Notes under the pieces: model-generated
The model's input: the letters and a program-made list of their open reading frames with translations, nothing else
Databases searched by the model: none
Told to the model about the DNA's origin: nothing
Source: Pseudomonadota bacterium
GTDB taxonomy: Bacteria; UBA10199; 2-02-FULL-44-16; JBDRGF01
Length of the DNA: 27,589 bases
Reading direction: 5' to 3'
NCBI GenBank assembly: GCA_043818055.1
Contig: JBDRGF010000079.1
Coordinates: 1-27,589, forward strand
Position numbers and translations under genes: made by a program
Shown here: positions 10,384 to 19,407 of the stretch, in pieces
How the letters are laid out: each line of letters begins with the position of its first letter
Numbering within the stretch: position 1 is the stretch's first letter

Positions 10384-11172
10384 TTATTGTCTTGGTCCAT
10401 TAGGATCTACAGTGAATGTTCCATCACAAGGGTGACAGTTTGCAACTTCGAGTTGATACTCTGCAGTTGTTGCACATGTAACGTCGCCCTGTTGAAGTTG
10501 AACTTCACAATTCCCTAATGTTCCAGTTGTCGCTCCTACAGCGATGTTCACGGTCACGCCACCAGCGTCGACAGTTGTGGTCGTGCAAGTTCCTGCTCTA
10601 TAGAGGCCATTAGTATCCTCAGGCATCCCTTGGCCGGTACAGTCGCCAACTGGAGTAAACATCCAGTAAACTGTGGTTGTAGTTCCTCCACCATCAGTAT
10701 CTGTGCAGGAATTGTTAGCGCTTGTGAAAGTTGCAGTAGCGCCATCCGCATTATCGGTAAATTCCAAAGTTTTGCAGTCTGACGAAATTGTTGTCAGACC
10801 AGTCGCTGAGGCGGATTCAAATCCATCCGTAATAAAAAGTGTGGCGAGTCTGGAAGTGATTGTGCTTGTTTTTGAGACATTAGTTTTTTCTACGTTTGCC
10901 GCAACATTTGCCGTAACGGCACCTAAAGTAAGTGTGCCGGTAATTGCTGTGTCATCTCCCATAGTGCCAACAATGTTCAGGAGTGTGTCCGAAGCCCTTG
11001 TCATGGTTAAGGTTTTGATGTCATCAGCTGCAGTTGTGTTCTGAGTCCATGTGGCTGCAAGATTGTTTGTTGTCACCTGTCCACCGCTGGCGCTGCTGCT
11101 TCCACCACCACACGAAACGAGTGAAATTCCAAACATTACCATCACTACTAAAACACTCAATCTCTTAAACAT
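10384..11172 (-). CDS. Cys/Thr-rich two-domain lipoprotein, paralog C
   Basis: Lipobox LVSC and AAAGGAGG RBS; homologous to A over its full length. Confidence 0.85.
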   Translation of the reverse strand: MFKRLSVLVVMVMFGISLVSCGGGSSSASGGQVTTNNLAATWTQNTTAADDIKTLTMTRASDTLLNIVGTMGDDTAITGTLTLGAVTANVAANVEKTNVSKTSTITSRLATLFITDGFESASATGLTTISSDCKTLEFTDNADGATATFTSANNSCTDTDGGGTTTTVYWMFTPVGDCTGQGMPEDTNGLYRAGTCTTTTVDAGGVTVNIAVGATTGTLGNCEVQLQQGDVTCATTAEYQLEVANCHPCDGTFTVDPNGPRQ

Positions 11173-11231
11173 ATTTCCTCCTTTGTTATAAAGACGAATC
11201 GCTCTATATGTTATAGATTCAGGATTTGCAA
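11163..11231 (-). repeat. Duplicated promoter/RBS block, copy 2
   Basis: 68/69 nt identical to 9985-10053. Confidence 0.9.
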
Positions 11232-11240
11232 CGAAATTCT

Positions 11241-12434
11241 TTAATTAGATAAGACTTCTTTTATGGTAAGGATAGCTCTATCGAGATCCTCTTTAGATAT
11301 AACAAGCGGCGGGGTGAAGCGAATCGTGTTTTCGTGTGTCTCCTTTGCCAATATGCCTTTTGCCTTTAGCGCTTCGCAGTACGATCTGGCCTTGGTATTT
11401 AGCTCAATGGCTAACATTAGCCCTAAGCCCCTTACCTCTTTGATGACGGGGGATTTGATATTCATAAGTCCCTTTTTAAAATGTTCTCCCAGCTTTTCAG
11501 AGCTCTCACACAGTTTTTCGTCGATTATGACATCAAGGGCGGCCATGGCCACAGCCGATGCCAGAGGGTTTCCACCGAATGTCGAGCCGTGGTTTCCAGG
11601 TTTAAAGACATCCATGACATCGTCATCCGCAACGATAGCGGAGACCGGATAGACACCGCCGCTGAGTGCCTTTCCTATGCATATGATATCTGGTCGGACA
11701 TCTTCATGCTGGCAGCAAAATAGTTTTCCGGTTCGACCTAATCCCGTCTGGATCTCATCGGCGATCATAAGCACATTTTTACTCTTTGTGATTTCACGGG
11801 ATCTTTTTAAATATCCCTTTTGTGGAATTTTTACGCCTGCCTCACCCTGAATCGGTTCGACCAGGAAGGCACAAGTGTTTTCATTGATCGCCTTTTCAAG
11901 AGCTGTGGTATCGTCATAGGGGATGATTTCAAATCCAGGTGTGAATGGTTCATATCCATCCCTGCAAAGTTCATCTGTAGAAAAACTCACAATCGTCGTT
12001 GTTCTTCCATGAAAGTTTCCAGAACAGACTATGATCTTCGCCTTGCCTGAAGGAATTCCTTTTTTTGTATAACCCCATCTTCTCGCAGCTTTGATGGCGG
12101 TCTCAACCGCCTCTGCGCCGGTGTTCATGGGGAGGGCTTTGTCGTATCCAGTGAGCTTTGTCAATTTCTCCAAAAAATTTCCCATTTGATCATTGTGAAA
12201 GGCGCGCGAAGTGAGCGTCAATCTCTCGCACTGTTTCTTCAAGGCTTCGATGATCTTAGGATGGCGATGCCCCTGATTTACAGCGGAGTAAGCTGAAAGC
12301 ATATCTATATATCTTTTTCCATCGACATCCTCGACCCACGCACCTTCGGCCTTCGATATCACGACATCGAGAGGATGATAGTTGTGCGCGCTGACCCGTT
12401 CGACCTGGTCGATAAACTGTTGAGTTTTTTTCAC
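11241..12434 (-). CDS. rocD: Ornithine--oxo-acid aminotransferase
   Basis: SAHNYHPL, SAYSAVNQGH, MNTGAEAVETAIK, EPIQGEAG, DEIQTGLGRTG, GKALSGG (PLP Lys), HGSTFGGNP. Confidence 0.96.
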   Translation of the reverse strand: MKKTQQFIDQVERVSAHNYHPLDVVISKAEGAWVEDVDGKRYIDMLSAYSAVNQGHRHPKIIEALKKQCERLTLTSRAFHNDQMGNFLEKLTKLTGYDKALPMNTGAEAVETAIKAARRWGYTKKGIPSGKAKIIVCSGNFHGRTTTIVSFSTDELCRDGYEPFTPGFEIIPYDDTTALEKAINENTCAFLVEPIQGEAGVKIPQKGYLKRSREITKSKNVLMIADEIQTGLGRTGKLFCCQHEDVRPDIICIGKALSGGVYPVSAIVADDDVMDVFKPGNHGSTFGGNPLASAVAMAALDVIIDEKLCESSEKLGEHFKKGLMNIKSPVIKEVRGLGLMLAIELNTKARSYCEALKAKGILAKETHENTIRFTPPLVISKEDLDRAILTIKEVLSN

Positions 12435-12551
12435 AAGTGACTCCTTTATATTTTACGTCATTGGTTCATTGCTAGATCTGCTATGCGCCGCGATCTTTGT
12501 GGTATGCGTTTTTCGTTTTTAGCGCACAGCCCACAGCGCATAACCCATAAC

Positions 12552-13409
12552 TTACCTTTCAAACAGATGTTTTACTATAAACCACACATTCTCTTTTCTC
12601 TCCCTCAAGCGTCTTAGCATGTAAGGTAACCAGTGGCTGCCGAAGGGGACGTATATACGAACTCTATAGCCCTCAGCAATGAGTTTTTTTGCGAGCCTTC
12701 GCTGCATTCCCATCAGCATCTGGAATTCGAAATTATCCTTCGATATCATGTGCTCTTTGGAAAACTGTTGTATGGTCTTGATGATCGCCTCGTCGTGTGT
12801 GGCTATGCCGTGATAGATGCCGGATAGCAGGAGACTTTTGGCGAGCGAGATATACTGATTTCTAATCTCATTTGTTTTTTGGAGGGCGATATCAGCAGGT
12901 TCTTTATATGCCCCCTTGCACAGCCTCATTGAAATGTTTTTGTCTAGCATATTTAAGACATCTTCGTGTGTTCGTATGAGCATTGCCTGTAACACCGCGC
13001 CGATGTTTTTATGATCTTTGTGGAGTTTGCGAATCATATCAAGAGTTCTTGTCGTGTAGTCAGACCCCTCCATGTCGATTCTCACAAAGGCATCGATTTT
13101 TCCTGCTTTGATCAGAATCTTTCTTAAATTTTCTTCGCAAAAATCGAGATCGATATCGATGCCAATCTGTGAAAGTTTGACAGAGATGTTTTTATCGAGC
13201 GACATCTTGTCGAGGGCGTTTAACATCTTGAGATACATGTCGGTAGCGTTAAGCGCCTGGTCTTTATTCGTAACGCTCTCTCCGAGATGGTCGAATGTTG
13301 TAAAAAAACCTATGCGATTTAATTTGCGAATGACTTTCAATGCTTCGGGCAGAGCCTCACCCGCGATAAATCGTTTAGCAAAATATGTGATCGGAGCCAT
13401 CCAGTTCAT
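12552..13409 (-). CDS. Monofunctional proline dehydrogenase
   Basis: RFIAGE, ISVKLSQIG, VRIDME, RLCKGAYKE, IATHD, EFQMLMG, YVPFG..W.PY..RRLRER. Confidence 0.95.
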   Translation of the reverse strand: MNWMAPITYFAKRFIAGEALPEALKVIRKLNRIGFFTTFDHLGESVTNKDQALNATDMYLKMLNALDKMSLDKNISVKLSQIGIDIDLDFCEENLRKILIKAGKIDAFVRIDMEGSDYTTRTLDMIRKLHKDHKNIGAVLQAMLIRTHEDVLNMLDKNISMRLCKGAYKEPADIALQKTNEIRNQYISLAKSLLLSGIYHGIATHDEAIIKTIQQFSKEHMISKDNFEFQMLMGMQRRLAKKLIAEGYRVRIYVPFGSHWLPYMLRRLRERKENVWFIVKHLFER

Positions 13410-14957
13410 TTATTTTTTCTCACAATATGATTTTGCCTGCATGAAGTAGAGGAGGTAATCTCTCCCTCCCGCCTTCGAACATGTGCCGCTCATGTTGTAT
13501 CCGCCGAATGGCTGCACATCGACTAGTGCCCCGGTGCATTTTCTATTTATGTAGAGGTTTCCAACGTGAAACTCTTCTTTCGAGCGTTTGATCTTATCGG
13601 GATTCTTCGTGAATACCGCCCCTGTCAGGCCATAATCTGTGTTGTTGGCGATTTTTAGAGCATCATCATAATCTTTTGCCTTGATGACGGAGAGTACCGG
13701 GCCGAATATCTCCTCCTGCGCTATTTTGGCGTGAGGGTCGACATCGGCAATAACTGTTGGCTGGATGAAGAAGCCTTTGGAATCGTCCCCGGTTCCGCCG
13801 CATATGAGTCGCCCCTCTTTTTTTCCGGTTTTGATATAATTCATTATTTTATCAAATGCATTTTTACTCGATACCGGTCCCATGTAATTTTTCGGATCGA
13901 CGACATCTCCAATTGTTATCTTCTTCACCCTCGCTTCGAGTTTCGTCAGGAAGGCATCGTAGATCTTTTCATCGACGATAGCCCTCGAGCATGCTGAACA
14001 CTTCTGTCCCTGAAATCCGAAGGCTGCAACTGCGACACCTTCAACCGCTGCGTCTATATCAGCTTCGCTATCTACTATAATCGCATCCTTGCCCCCCATC
14101 TCAACGACAACTCTCTTGATCCATTTTTGATTCGGTCTCGTTTTCCCGGCCTCTTCGACGATGTGGAGTCCGACCTCCCTTGACCCAGTGAAGTTTATGA
14201 ATCTTACATGCGGATCCTTGACGAGCATCTCGCCGATCTCGCCGCCGCTTCCTGTTAAAAAGTTTATTACGCCCCGAGGCAGCCCGGCTTCTATCATTAC
14301 CTCCATAAATTTATACCCGATGATCGGCGTGTCGGAGGCGGGCTTTAATATCATCGTGTTTCCACATACGATACCAGAGACTGTGATGCCGGTGAGTATT
14401 GCGAGGGGGAAATTCCACGGTGGAATCGCTACTCCCACACCAAGCGGTATATAAAAGGCTTCGTTTGTTTCACCCTGGTAGGGGGTCACGTCGTGCCCCT
14501 TTGCGTATCGCAGAGCCTCCCGGCCGTAGAACTCCAGAAAATCTATCGCTTCGGCCACATCCGCATCGGCCTCCACCCAGTTTTTTCCTGATTCAAAGAT
14601 CATCCAGGCGGCGAGTTCCAACATTCTTTCTCGCATGATCTCGGCAGCCTTGAAGAGGAGCTCGGCTCTCTCCTGAGGGCTACTTTTTTTCCATCTCTCA
14701 AATGTCGCAAGTGAATTATCCAGCGCCTTTTTGGCGTGTTCTGTTTTTCCTCTCTGAGCAATTCCAACGATTTGATTTTTTAGAGAGGGGTTGATCGATG
14801 TGATCTTTTTGTCCGAGATGATTTTTTCACCATTGATAATCAGGGGATATTCCTTCCCAAGTTTAGCTTTCACATTCTGAATGGCCTCGATCATTTTCGA
14901 TTCATTATTTTTATCGCTGAAATCTGTAAGTTTCTGATTTTTGAATGGTTCGATCAT
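13410..14957 (-). CDS. pruA: L-glutamate gamma-semialdehyde (P5C) dehydrogenase
   Basis: EAIDFLEFY, PWNFPLAI, FTGSREVG, EMGGKD, FGFQGQKCSACSR, EEIFGP, GNLYINRKCTGA. Confidence 0.95.
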   Translation of the reverse strand: MIEPFKNQKLTDFSDKNNESKMIEAIQNVKAKLGKEYPLIINGEKIISDKKITSINPSLKNQIVGIAQRGKTEHAKKALDNSLATFERWKKSSPQERAELLFKAAEIMRERMLELAAWMIFESGKNWVEADADVAEAIDFLEFYGREALRYAKGHDVTPYQGETNEAFYIPLGVGVAIPPWNFPLAILTGITVSGIVCGNTMILKPASDTPIIGYKFMEVMIEAGLPRGVINFLTGSGGEIGEMLVKDPHVRFINFTGSREVGLHIVEEAGKTRPNQKWIKRVVVEMGGKDAIIVDSEADIDAAVEGVAVAAFGFQGQKCSACSRAIVDEKIYDAFLTKLEARVKKITIGDVVDPKNYMGPVSSKNAFDKIMNYIKTGKKEGRLICGGTGDDSKGFFIQPTVIADVDPHAKIAQEEIFGPVLSVIKAKDYDDALKIANNTDYGLTGAVFTKNPDKIKRSKEEFHVGNLYINRKCTGALVDVQPFGGYNMSGTCSKAGGRDYLLYFMQAKSYCEKK

Positions 14958-15067
14958 ATTCCCCCTTTTTTTTAAAATTAATCCAAATTATCTGCCGAAA
15001 ACTATAAAGTCAATTGTCATAGAATGAAATTTGCTTTATTATGGTAAAAAATCTGAAAGGAAGCAAA

Positions 15068-16192
15068 ATGAAAAGAGCAAAACTAATTTATGGAGTGCCC
15101 GATCTCAATCCTGACCTCTATTATATAACCCGGTTGAAGATGGGCGATCCTACGACCTGTCTCGTGGCGAATGGAAAGAGCTATCTCTTTATCGGCGGAT
15201 TTGAATATCCGAGGGCATACAGGGAGGCTCACGTCGATAAAGTCGTGAATTGCGACATCTATGTCGAACGGGCGAAGAAAAAATTTGGAAAGAGCACTAT
15301 GCTCAATACACTCGATCTCTTTCTAAAGGATCTAAAAGTTAAAGAGCTTGAGATGCCGCAGGAGAGTTCATTTTATCTGGTCGATTGCTTAAGAAAATCA
15401 GGTTTTAAAGTGATAGCAGGGGATAAACCATTTTTTCAGGAGCGGCTTGTGAAGAGCGCCGAAGAGGTTAGGGAGATCACAAGGCTGCAAAAACTAAATT
15501 TTGCCGCGATGGATCTGGCAAGGGAGATGCTCAAAAAAAGCAGGATCAAGGGAGACAAACTTTTTCTGCGCGGTAAGATACTTACAAGTGAAATGGTGAG
15601 AGATGCGATTGATACCTTCCTATTCGAGAAAGGGTGTCTAGCCACATCAACAATTGTCGCCTGTGGCAAACAGGGGATCGATCCGCATGAGAGGGGAAAG
15701 GGGCCTCTTCGTCCGCATCAATCTATCATAATAGATATCTTCCCTCAGTCGAAGGAGTCGAGGTATTGTGCGGATGCCACGAGGACATTTTGCAAGGGTA
15801 GGCCGACAGATGCTCTGATTCGCATGTATGATGTGGTAAAAAAGGGGCAGGAGTTGGGTCTTTCAAAGATCAAGGCTGGTGTTAATGGAAAGGTAGTGCA
15901 TGAAGCGATCTGCAAATATTTTGAGCGAAAGGGATATAAGCTCAAGGTGTTGAAACACAGGAACGAGGGCTTTATCCACGGAACCGGCCACGGTCTGGGG
16001 CTTGAGGTGCATGAGGAGCCGGTGAGGATTGCGACTGTCGATTGTAAAATCAAAAAGGGATTTGTTGTAACAGTCGAGCCGGGACTCTATTATTCAGATA
16101 TCGGTGGAGTTCGGATAGAAGATCTGGTATATGTGACATCTTCTGGTTGTGATGTTCTGGGAAAATACCCCAAAAATCTAATTGTGTCCTGA
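15068..16192 (+). CDS. Xaa-Pro aminopeptidase/dipeptidase (M24B)
   Basis: IDIFP, YCADATRT, HGTGHGLGLEVHE, TVEPGLY, GGVRIED. An alternative start lies at 15041. Confidence 0.92.
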   Translation: MKRAKLIYGVPDLNPDLYYITRLKMGDPTTCLVANGKSYLFIGGFEYPRAYREAHVDKVVNCDIYVERAKKKFGKSTMLNTLDLFLKDLKVKELEMPQESSFYLVDCLRKSGFKVIAGDKPFFQERLVKSAEEVREITRLQKLNFAAMDLAREMLKKSRIKGDKLFLRGKILTSEMVRDAIDTFLFEKGCLATSTIVACGKQGIDPHERGKGPLRPHQSIIIDIFPQSKESRYCADATRTFCKGRPTDALIRMYDVVKKGQELGLSKIKAGVNGKVVHEAICKYFERKGYKLKVLKHRNEGFIHGTGHGLGLEVHEEPVRIATVDCKIKKGFVVTVEPGLYYSDIGGVRIEDLVYVTSSGCDVLGKYPKNLIVS

Positions 16193-16332
16193 ACGTCAAA
16201 TTACCTTTAAACTAAAGTCAATAAATTGACGCTATGGGTTTTTTACGCCTTTAAAAGCCTACCGCGGTTCAGTTGTTAAATGTAACCACTTGAAAACGAA
16301 GATATATTTTTAAAAGACCATTGTGAGTATTT

Positions 16333-16348
16333 TGGCACGTGACTTGCT
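16333..16348 (+). promoter_or_regulatory. Sigma54 -24/-12 promoter
   Basis: TGGCACGTGACTTGCT, a full match to TGGCACG-N4-TTGCW, about 30 nt upstream of ATG 16380 and its AGGAG RBS. Confidence 0.8.
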
Positions 16349-16379
16349 ATGTTGTGTGTGCAGACAGGAGAGGGATAAT

Positions 16380-18200
16380 ATGAAAAAAACAATATTCAAG
16401 CATGCATTTGTACTTGCCGTAATTCTATTGGTATCGGCATGTGGGACCGGGCTGAATGCGCCTACGCCGGATGACAATCCAACAGATCTCGGTTTTATAA
16501 CAAGTCTGCAAATTTTGAGTAGCGATATCCAACAGGTTTCAGGTGGAACTGAGGTTACCTTCAGCGCTACATCGGATCAGGTAGAAGGGTTGACGGGCGG
16601 TGCTGTAATATTTATGGCATGTTATAACAATGCCGCCAGCATCGATTTTGCTGTTGTCCAGGAGGCGTTCAATATTTTTCATAGCGATATAACTGCTGTT
16701 ACAGCTGACGTTTCAGCGCAGAACAAGGCTTTTGGGACAGCACCCTTTACGATTTCAACTGCGAACAGCATCTATGCACCTTCAAATGGGACAACATGTA
16801 TTGCACCAAATTCGGCAACCTCTTACTGTACAAGATCAGCAGGCGCTGGTTGTTTCTCTCAGAGCCTTTTGGCTGGAAGTAACACTGTGACAGTAGCTGG
16901 AGGTCTAGTAGCTGGTAGTAACATCGCCGTCTATGTTGCCGATTATCGTGGGACATCGGAATCAACCGCAGCAACTGCAATAGTTGGGAGTGGAGTTTTT
17001 AATGCGACAGCTGCAAGAACTATCACCTTCACACAGGCCCTCGATGGCCCAGGCATGGGTTTTGTGCAGTTTGGAGATGTGATGATCTTTTCCGGTGATT
17101 ATCTGTTTAGTGCTGATGATGATAAGATTGGCGTCTTTGAACTGACAAATGGATTGTATTCACTGAAAACAACAATTGATATCAATCTGATGTTTCCTGC
17201 GGATTTGGGTTTTGATATCAGGTCGATGACTATGATCGATCCGGATGGTGATGGTGTTAAAGATATGCTTGCTGTCGATATTCATGGCGTATTCGATCTT
17301 GCCTGGAGTAATCGTGTAGTTTTTATACCAAATCCGACTGCACAGGGGGCTTTGGTAACGACTTATCAGTATGCGATAAAGAATGATACAAATGACAACG
17401 GTTTTGGATTTTTTATCGACTTGTTAAGAATCGGCGAAAATAATTATTTTATTGCGAGTGATAATGAGATCACAGTTGGTGTTATCGGTGGCGGCGTACA
17501 CGTCATTCCTTTTGGGGATATCACCGCTGTAGCTATGCTTGATATCACAGATCAGATCTACGCCCATATTCTGGGAACAGCTGACGCGTGTGGAGCTGGT
17601 GAGTTTGTTCTGATGGGGGAATATATAGTTGCCGATAAATGTCTAAACCTTAATGCAAGTAGAAGTTATCAGGTAGTTTCTTTATCCATTTCGGATGTTG
17701 GGGCAGTAATTTCGCTCAATGAGGTTTCGAGTGTGAGTGCTGACTATCCTGATACGTACACTGGAAACAGCGTGAGATTGTCAGCTTTTGAAAATAAACT
17801 CTATATGAGGGCCATTGCAACTGCAAATCAGCGTACTGACATGTTTGTGTACACGCTATCTGATGGTGTCTTTTCGCTCTCAGATTCCTATCAATGGGGA
17901 GATGCTGCTGCCATTATAGAAGGTAATCATATTGGAGAGTTCATAGGACTTGGTTATAGAAATAACTGGTCGGTTGCTCTGGTTCACGGAGAGGGAAATG
18001 TTGTCGCAGGTGCGTTCACAGATGCTTTCGATTCTGTTTATGATAATTTCAGTGGAGCGCTTGGTGCCACTGCCATCCAATACAGTGCGTTGTTCGGCGC
18101 TATGACGGTGACAGCAGCGAATAATATGGCGATGTCTGATAGCGGGATAATTGCTCAGGTCGATGTCCCAACACGCTTTGTCAGCATCTCCGTGCCGTGA
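16380..18200 (+). CDS. Large beta-rich lipoprotein of unknown function
   Basis: Signal MKKTIFKH...VSAC lipobox; Cys-containing N-terminal region; beta-rich C-terminal half with a DPDGDGVKD (DxDxDG) Ca-binding-like motif. Confidence 0.8.
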   Translation: MKKTIFKHAFVLAVILLVSACGTGLNAPTPDDNPTDLGFITSLQILSSDIQQVSGGTEVTFSATSDQVEGLTGGAVIFMACYNNAASIDFAVVQEAFNIFHSDITAVTADVSAQNKAFGTAPFTISTANSIYAPSNGTTCIAPNSATSYCTRSAGAGCFSQSLLAGSNTVTVAGGLVAGSNIAVYVADYRGTSESTAATAIVGSGVFNATAARTITFTQALDGPGMGFVQFGDVMIFSGDYLFSADDDKIGVFELTNGLYSLKTTIDINLMFPADLGFDIRSMTMIDPDGDGVKDMLAVDIHGVFDLAWSNRVVFIPNPTAQGALVTTYQYAIKNDTNDNGFGFFIDLLRIGENNYFIASDNEITVGVIGGGVHVIPFGDITAVAMLDITDQIYAHILGTADACGAGEFVLMGEYIVADKCLNLNASRSYQVVSLSISDVGAVISLNEVSSVSADYPDTYTGNSVRLSAFENKLYMRAIATANQRTDMFVYTLSDGVFSLSDSYQWGDAAAIIEGNHIGEFIGLGYRNNWSVALVHGEGNVVAGAFTDAFDSVYDNFSGALGATAIQYSALFGAMTVTAANNMAMSDSGIIAQVDVPTRFVSISVP

Positions 18201-19298
18201 TTATAAATTGCCAATTCTCTTGCCACACAATTCAAGAAGAGAAGGGCTGTTTTTAGAGTTGGATTTGAATTCATCTGTCCATCTCTTCTGATAGGCTTGA
18301 TAGATTTTTTCGAGTAAATCATTTTTGATATTTTTCCAAACTACTTTTTTTGATTTCACAAAAGTTGTTTCATCTGTATATTCCTCTTCGGGCCAGCGCT
18401 CTTTTAGGGCGTCATAGAGTGTGAAACCGTTCTCTGCCAATTTTTTAAGCTTTGTCCAGTACTCCCTCACATCAGACAGATACTCTGGAATATCGAAGGC
18501 GCGCGAGCCTGCGTCATATATCGTGCAGCGCTCTAGTGGATAGTTTAAGCTCTCATACTGGCTGAGTTCGAATTCAGGTGCGAGTATAGAATCGAATCGC
18601 ACGAAATCTGTGCCGGGGATGCCGATTTTGAGCTCCGTCTTCGAATCGACGAGTTTGAATTTCCCCTCGAAATAGACGATGTAGCAATTGCCGAAATCGG
18701 GTGAGAACTCCCGGAATATCGCATCATATTTTTCGAGAATCTTTTCGATCTTGTGGCAGCCGATTGTGAAGAAGATTAAGTTTTTTACGGAGGCATTTGT
18801 CTTTTTCAGGTGTTCAACTAAAACCTCTAAGCCGTTGTCTATCGTGACGCCGGTTGCAACAACATCAGCTATTAGTATTGTAGCGTTTGGAGGGAAGCTG
18901 AATTTTCTATACGCATTTTCTTTGACACCCCAGCGACCATCCTTTTTAAAACGCTGTGAAGTCATGAATGATGTGCGGTGTCTGTTGAATCCAAAGGCAA
19001 GGCTGAGTGCGCTTCTCAGATCGAAATTGAGTCCACCACGCAGGAAATTTAAAATACAGATCGACTCCTCATCCTGTTTTTGAAGAATCTCTTTGGCGAA
19101 TGGAAGACCTTTTAATGTTGCTGTCATCGCCACCAGCATGAGAGTCGTGTATTGGCATCCTAAGATTTCAGGCCGGTTGCAGATAGCTCTTGATTGAGGA
19201 GTTGATACGATAAAGCGTTTAAGCGAATCGTTGAAGTCGCCACAGAGCTTATAGACCGACGCCTCTTTGGATAAATTTAGTGTTTCTAAATATTGCAT
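18201..19298 (-). CDS. Type I phosphoribosyltransferase-like protein (distant UPRTase-like, extended)
   Basis: ILNFLRGG, PRPP loop ILIADVVATGVT, and YDAGSRAF (cf. UPRTase DAGDR). Start MQYLETL chosen because the longer ORF begins inside a REP. Confidence 0.7.
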   Translation of the reverse strand: MQYLETLNLSKEASVYKLCGDFNDSLKRFIVSTPQSRAICNRPEILGCQYTTLMLVAMTATLKGLPFAKEILQKQDEESICILNFLRGGLNFDLRSALSLAFGFNRHRTSFMTSQRFKKDGRWGVKENAYRKFSFPPNATILIADVVATGVTIDNGLEVLVEHLKKTNASVKNLIFFTIGCHKIEKILEKYDAIFREFSPDFGNCYIVYFEGKFKLVDSKTELKIGIPGTDFVRFDSILAPEFELSQYESLNYPLERCTIYDAGSRAFDIPEYLSDVREYWTKLKKLAENGFTLYDALKERWPEEEYTDETTFVKSKKVVWKNIKNDLLEKIYQAYQKRWTDEFKSNSKNSPSLLELCGKRIGNL

Positions 19299-19323
19299 AT
19301 AGTCAGCTTTCAACGATATAAAT

Positions 19324-19383
19324 GTAGGGGCAACCCCCTGTGGTTGCCCGTTTATAAGGGCAGCCACGGGGGGGCGCCCCTAC
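19324..19383. repeat. REPIN-like doublet
   Basis: GTAGGGGCAACCCCCTGTGGTTGCCC-GTTTATAA-GGGCAGCCACGGGGGGGCGCCCCTAC. Confidence 0.85.
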
Positions 19384-19407
19384 ATATAAGAAAAAAAGAG
19401 CCTCGTA

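Noticed and set aside
12478..12545. Imperfect inverted repeat (TATGCG...CGCATA) between ProDH and rocD as a riboswitch or mobile repeat
   Set aside because: Weak pairing, single copy in the window, and no recognisable aptamer.
19299..19367. N-terminal extension (GQPQGVAPT) of the PRTase-like ORF
   Set aside because: It is a translation of the REPIN, not protein sequence.
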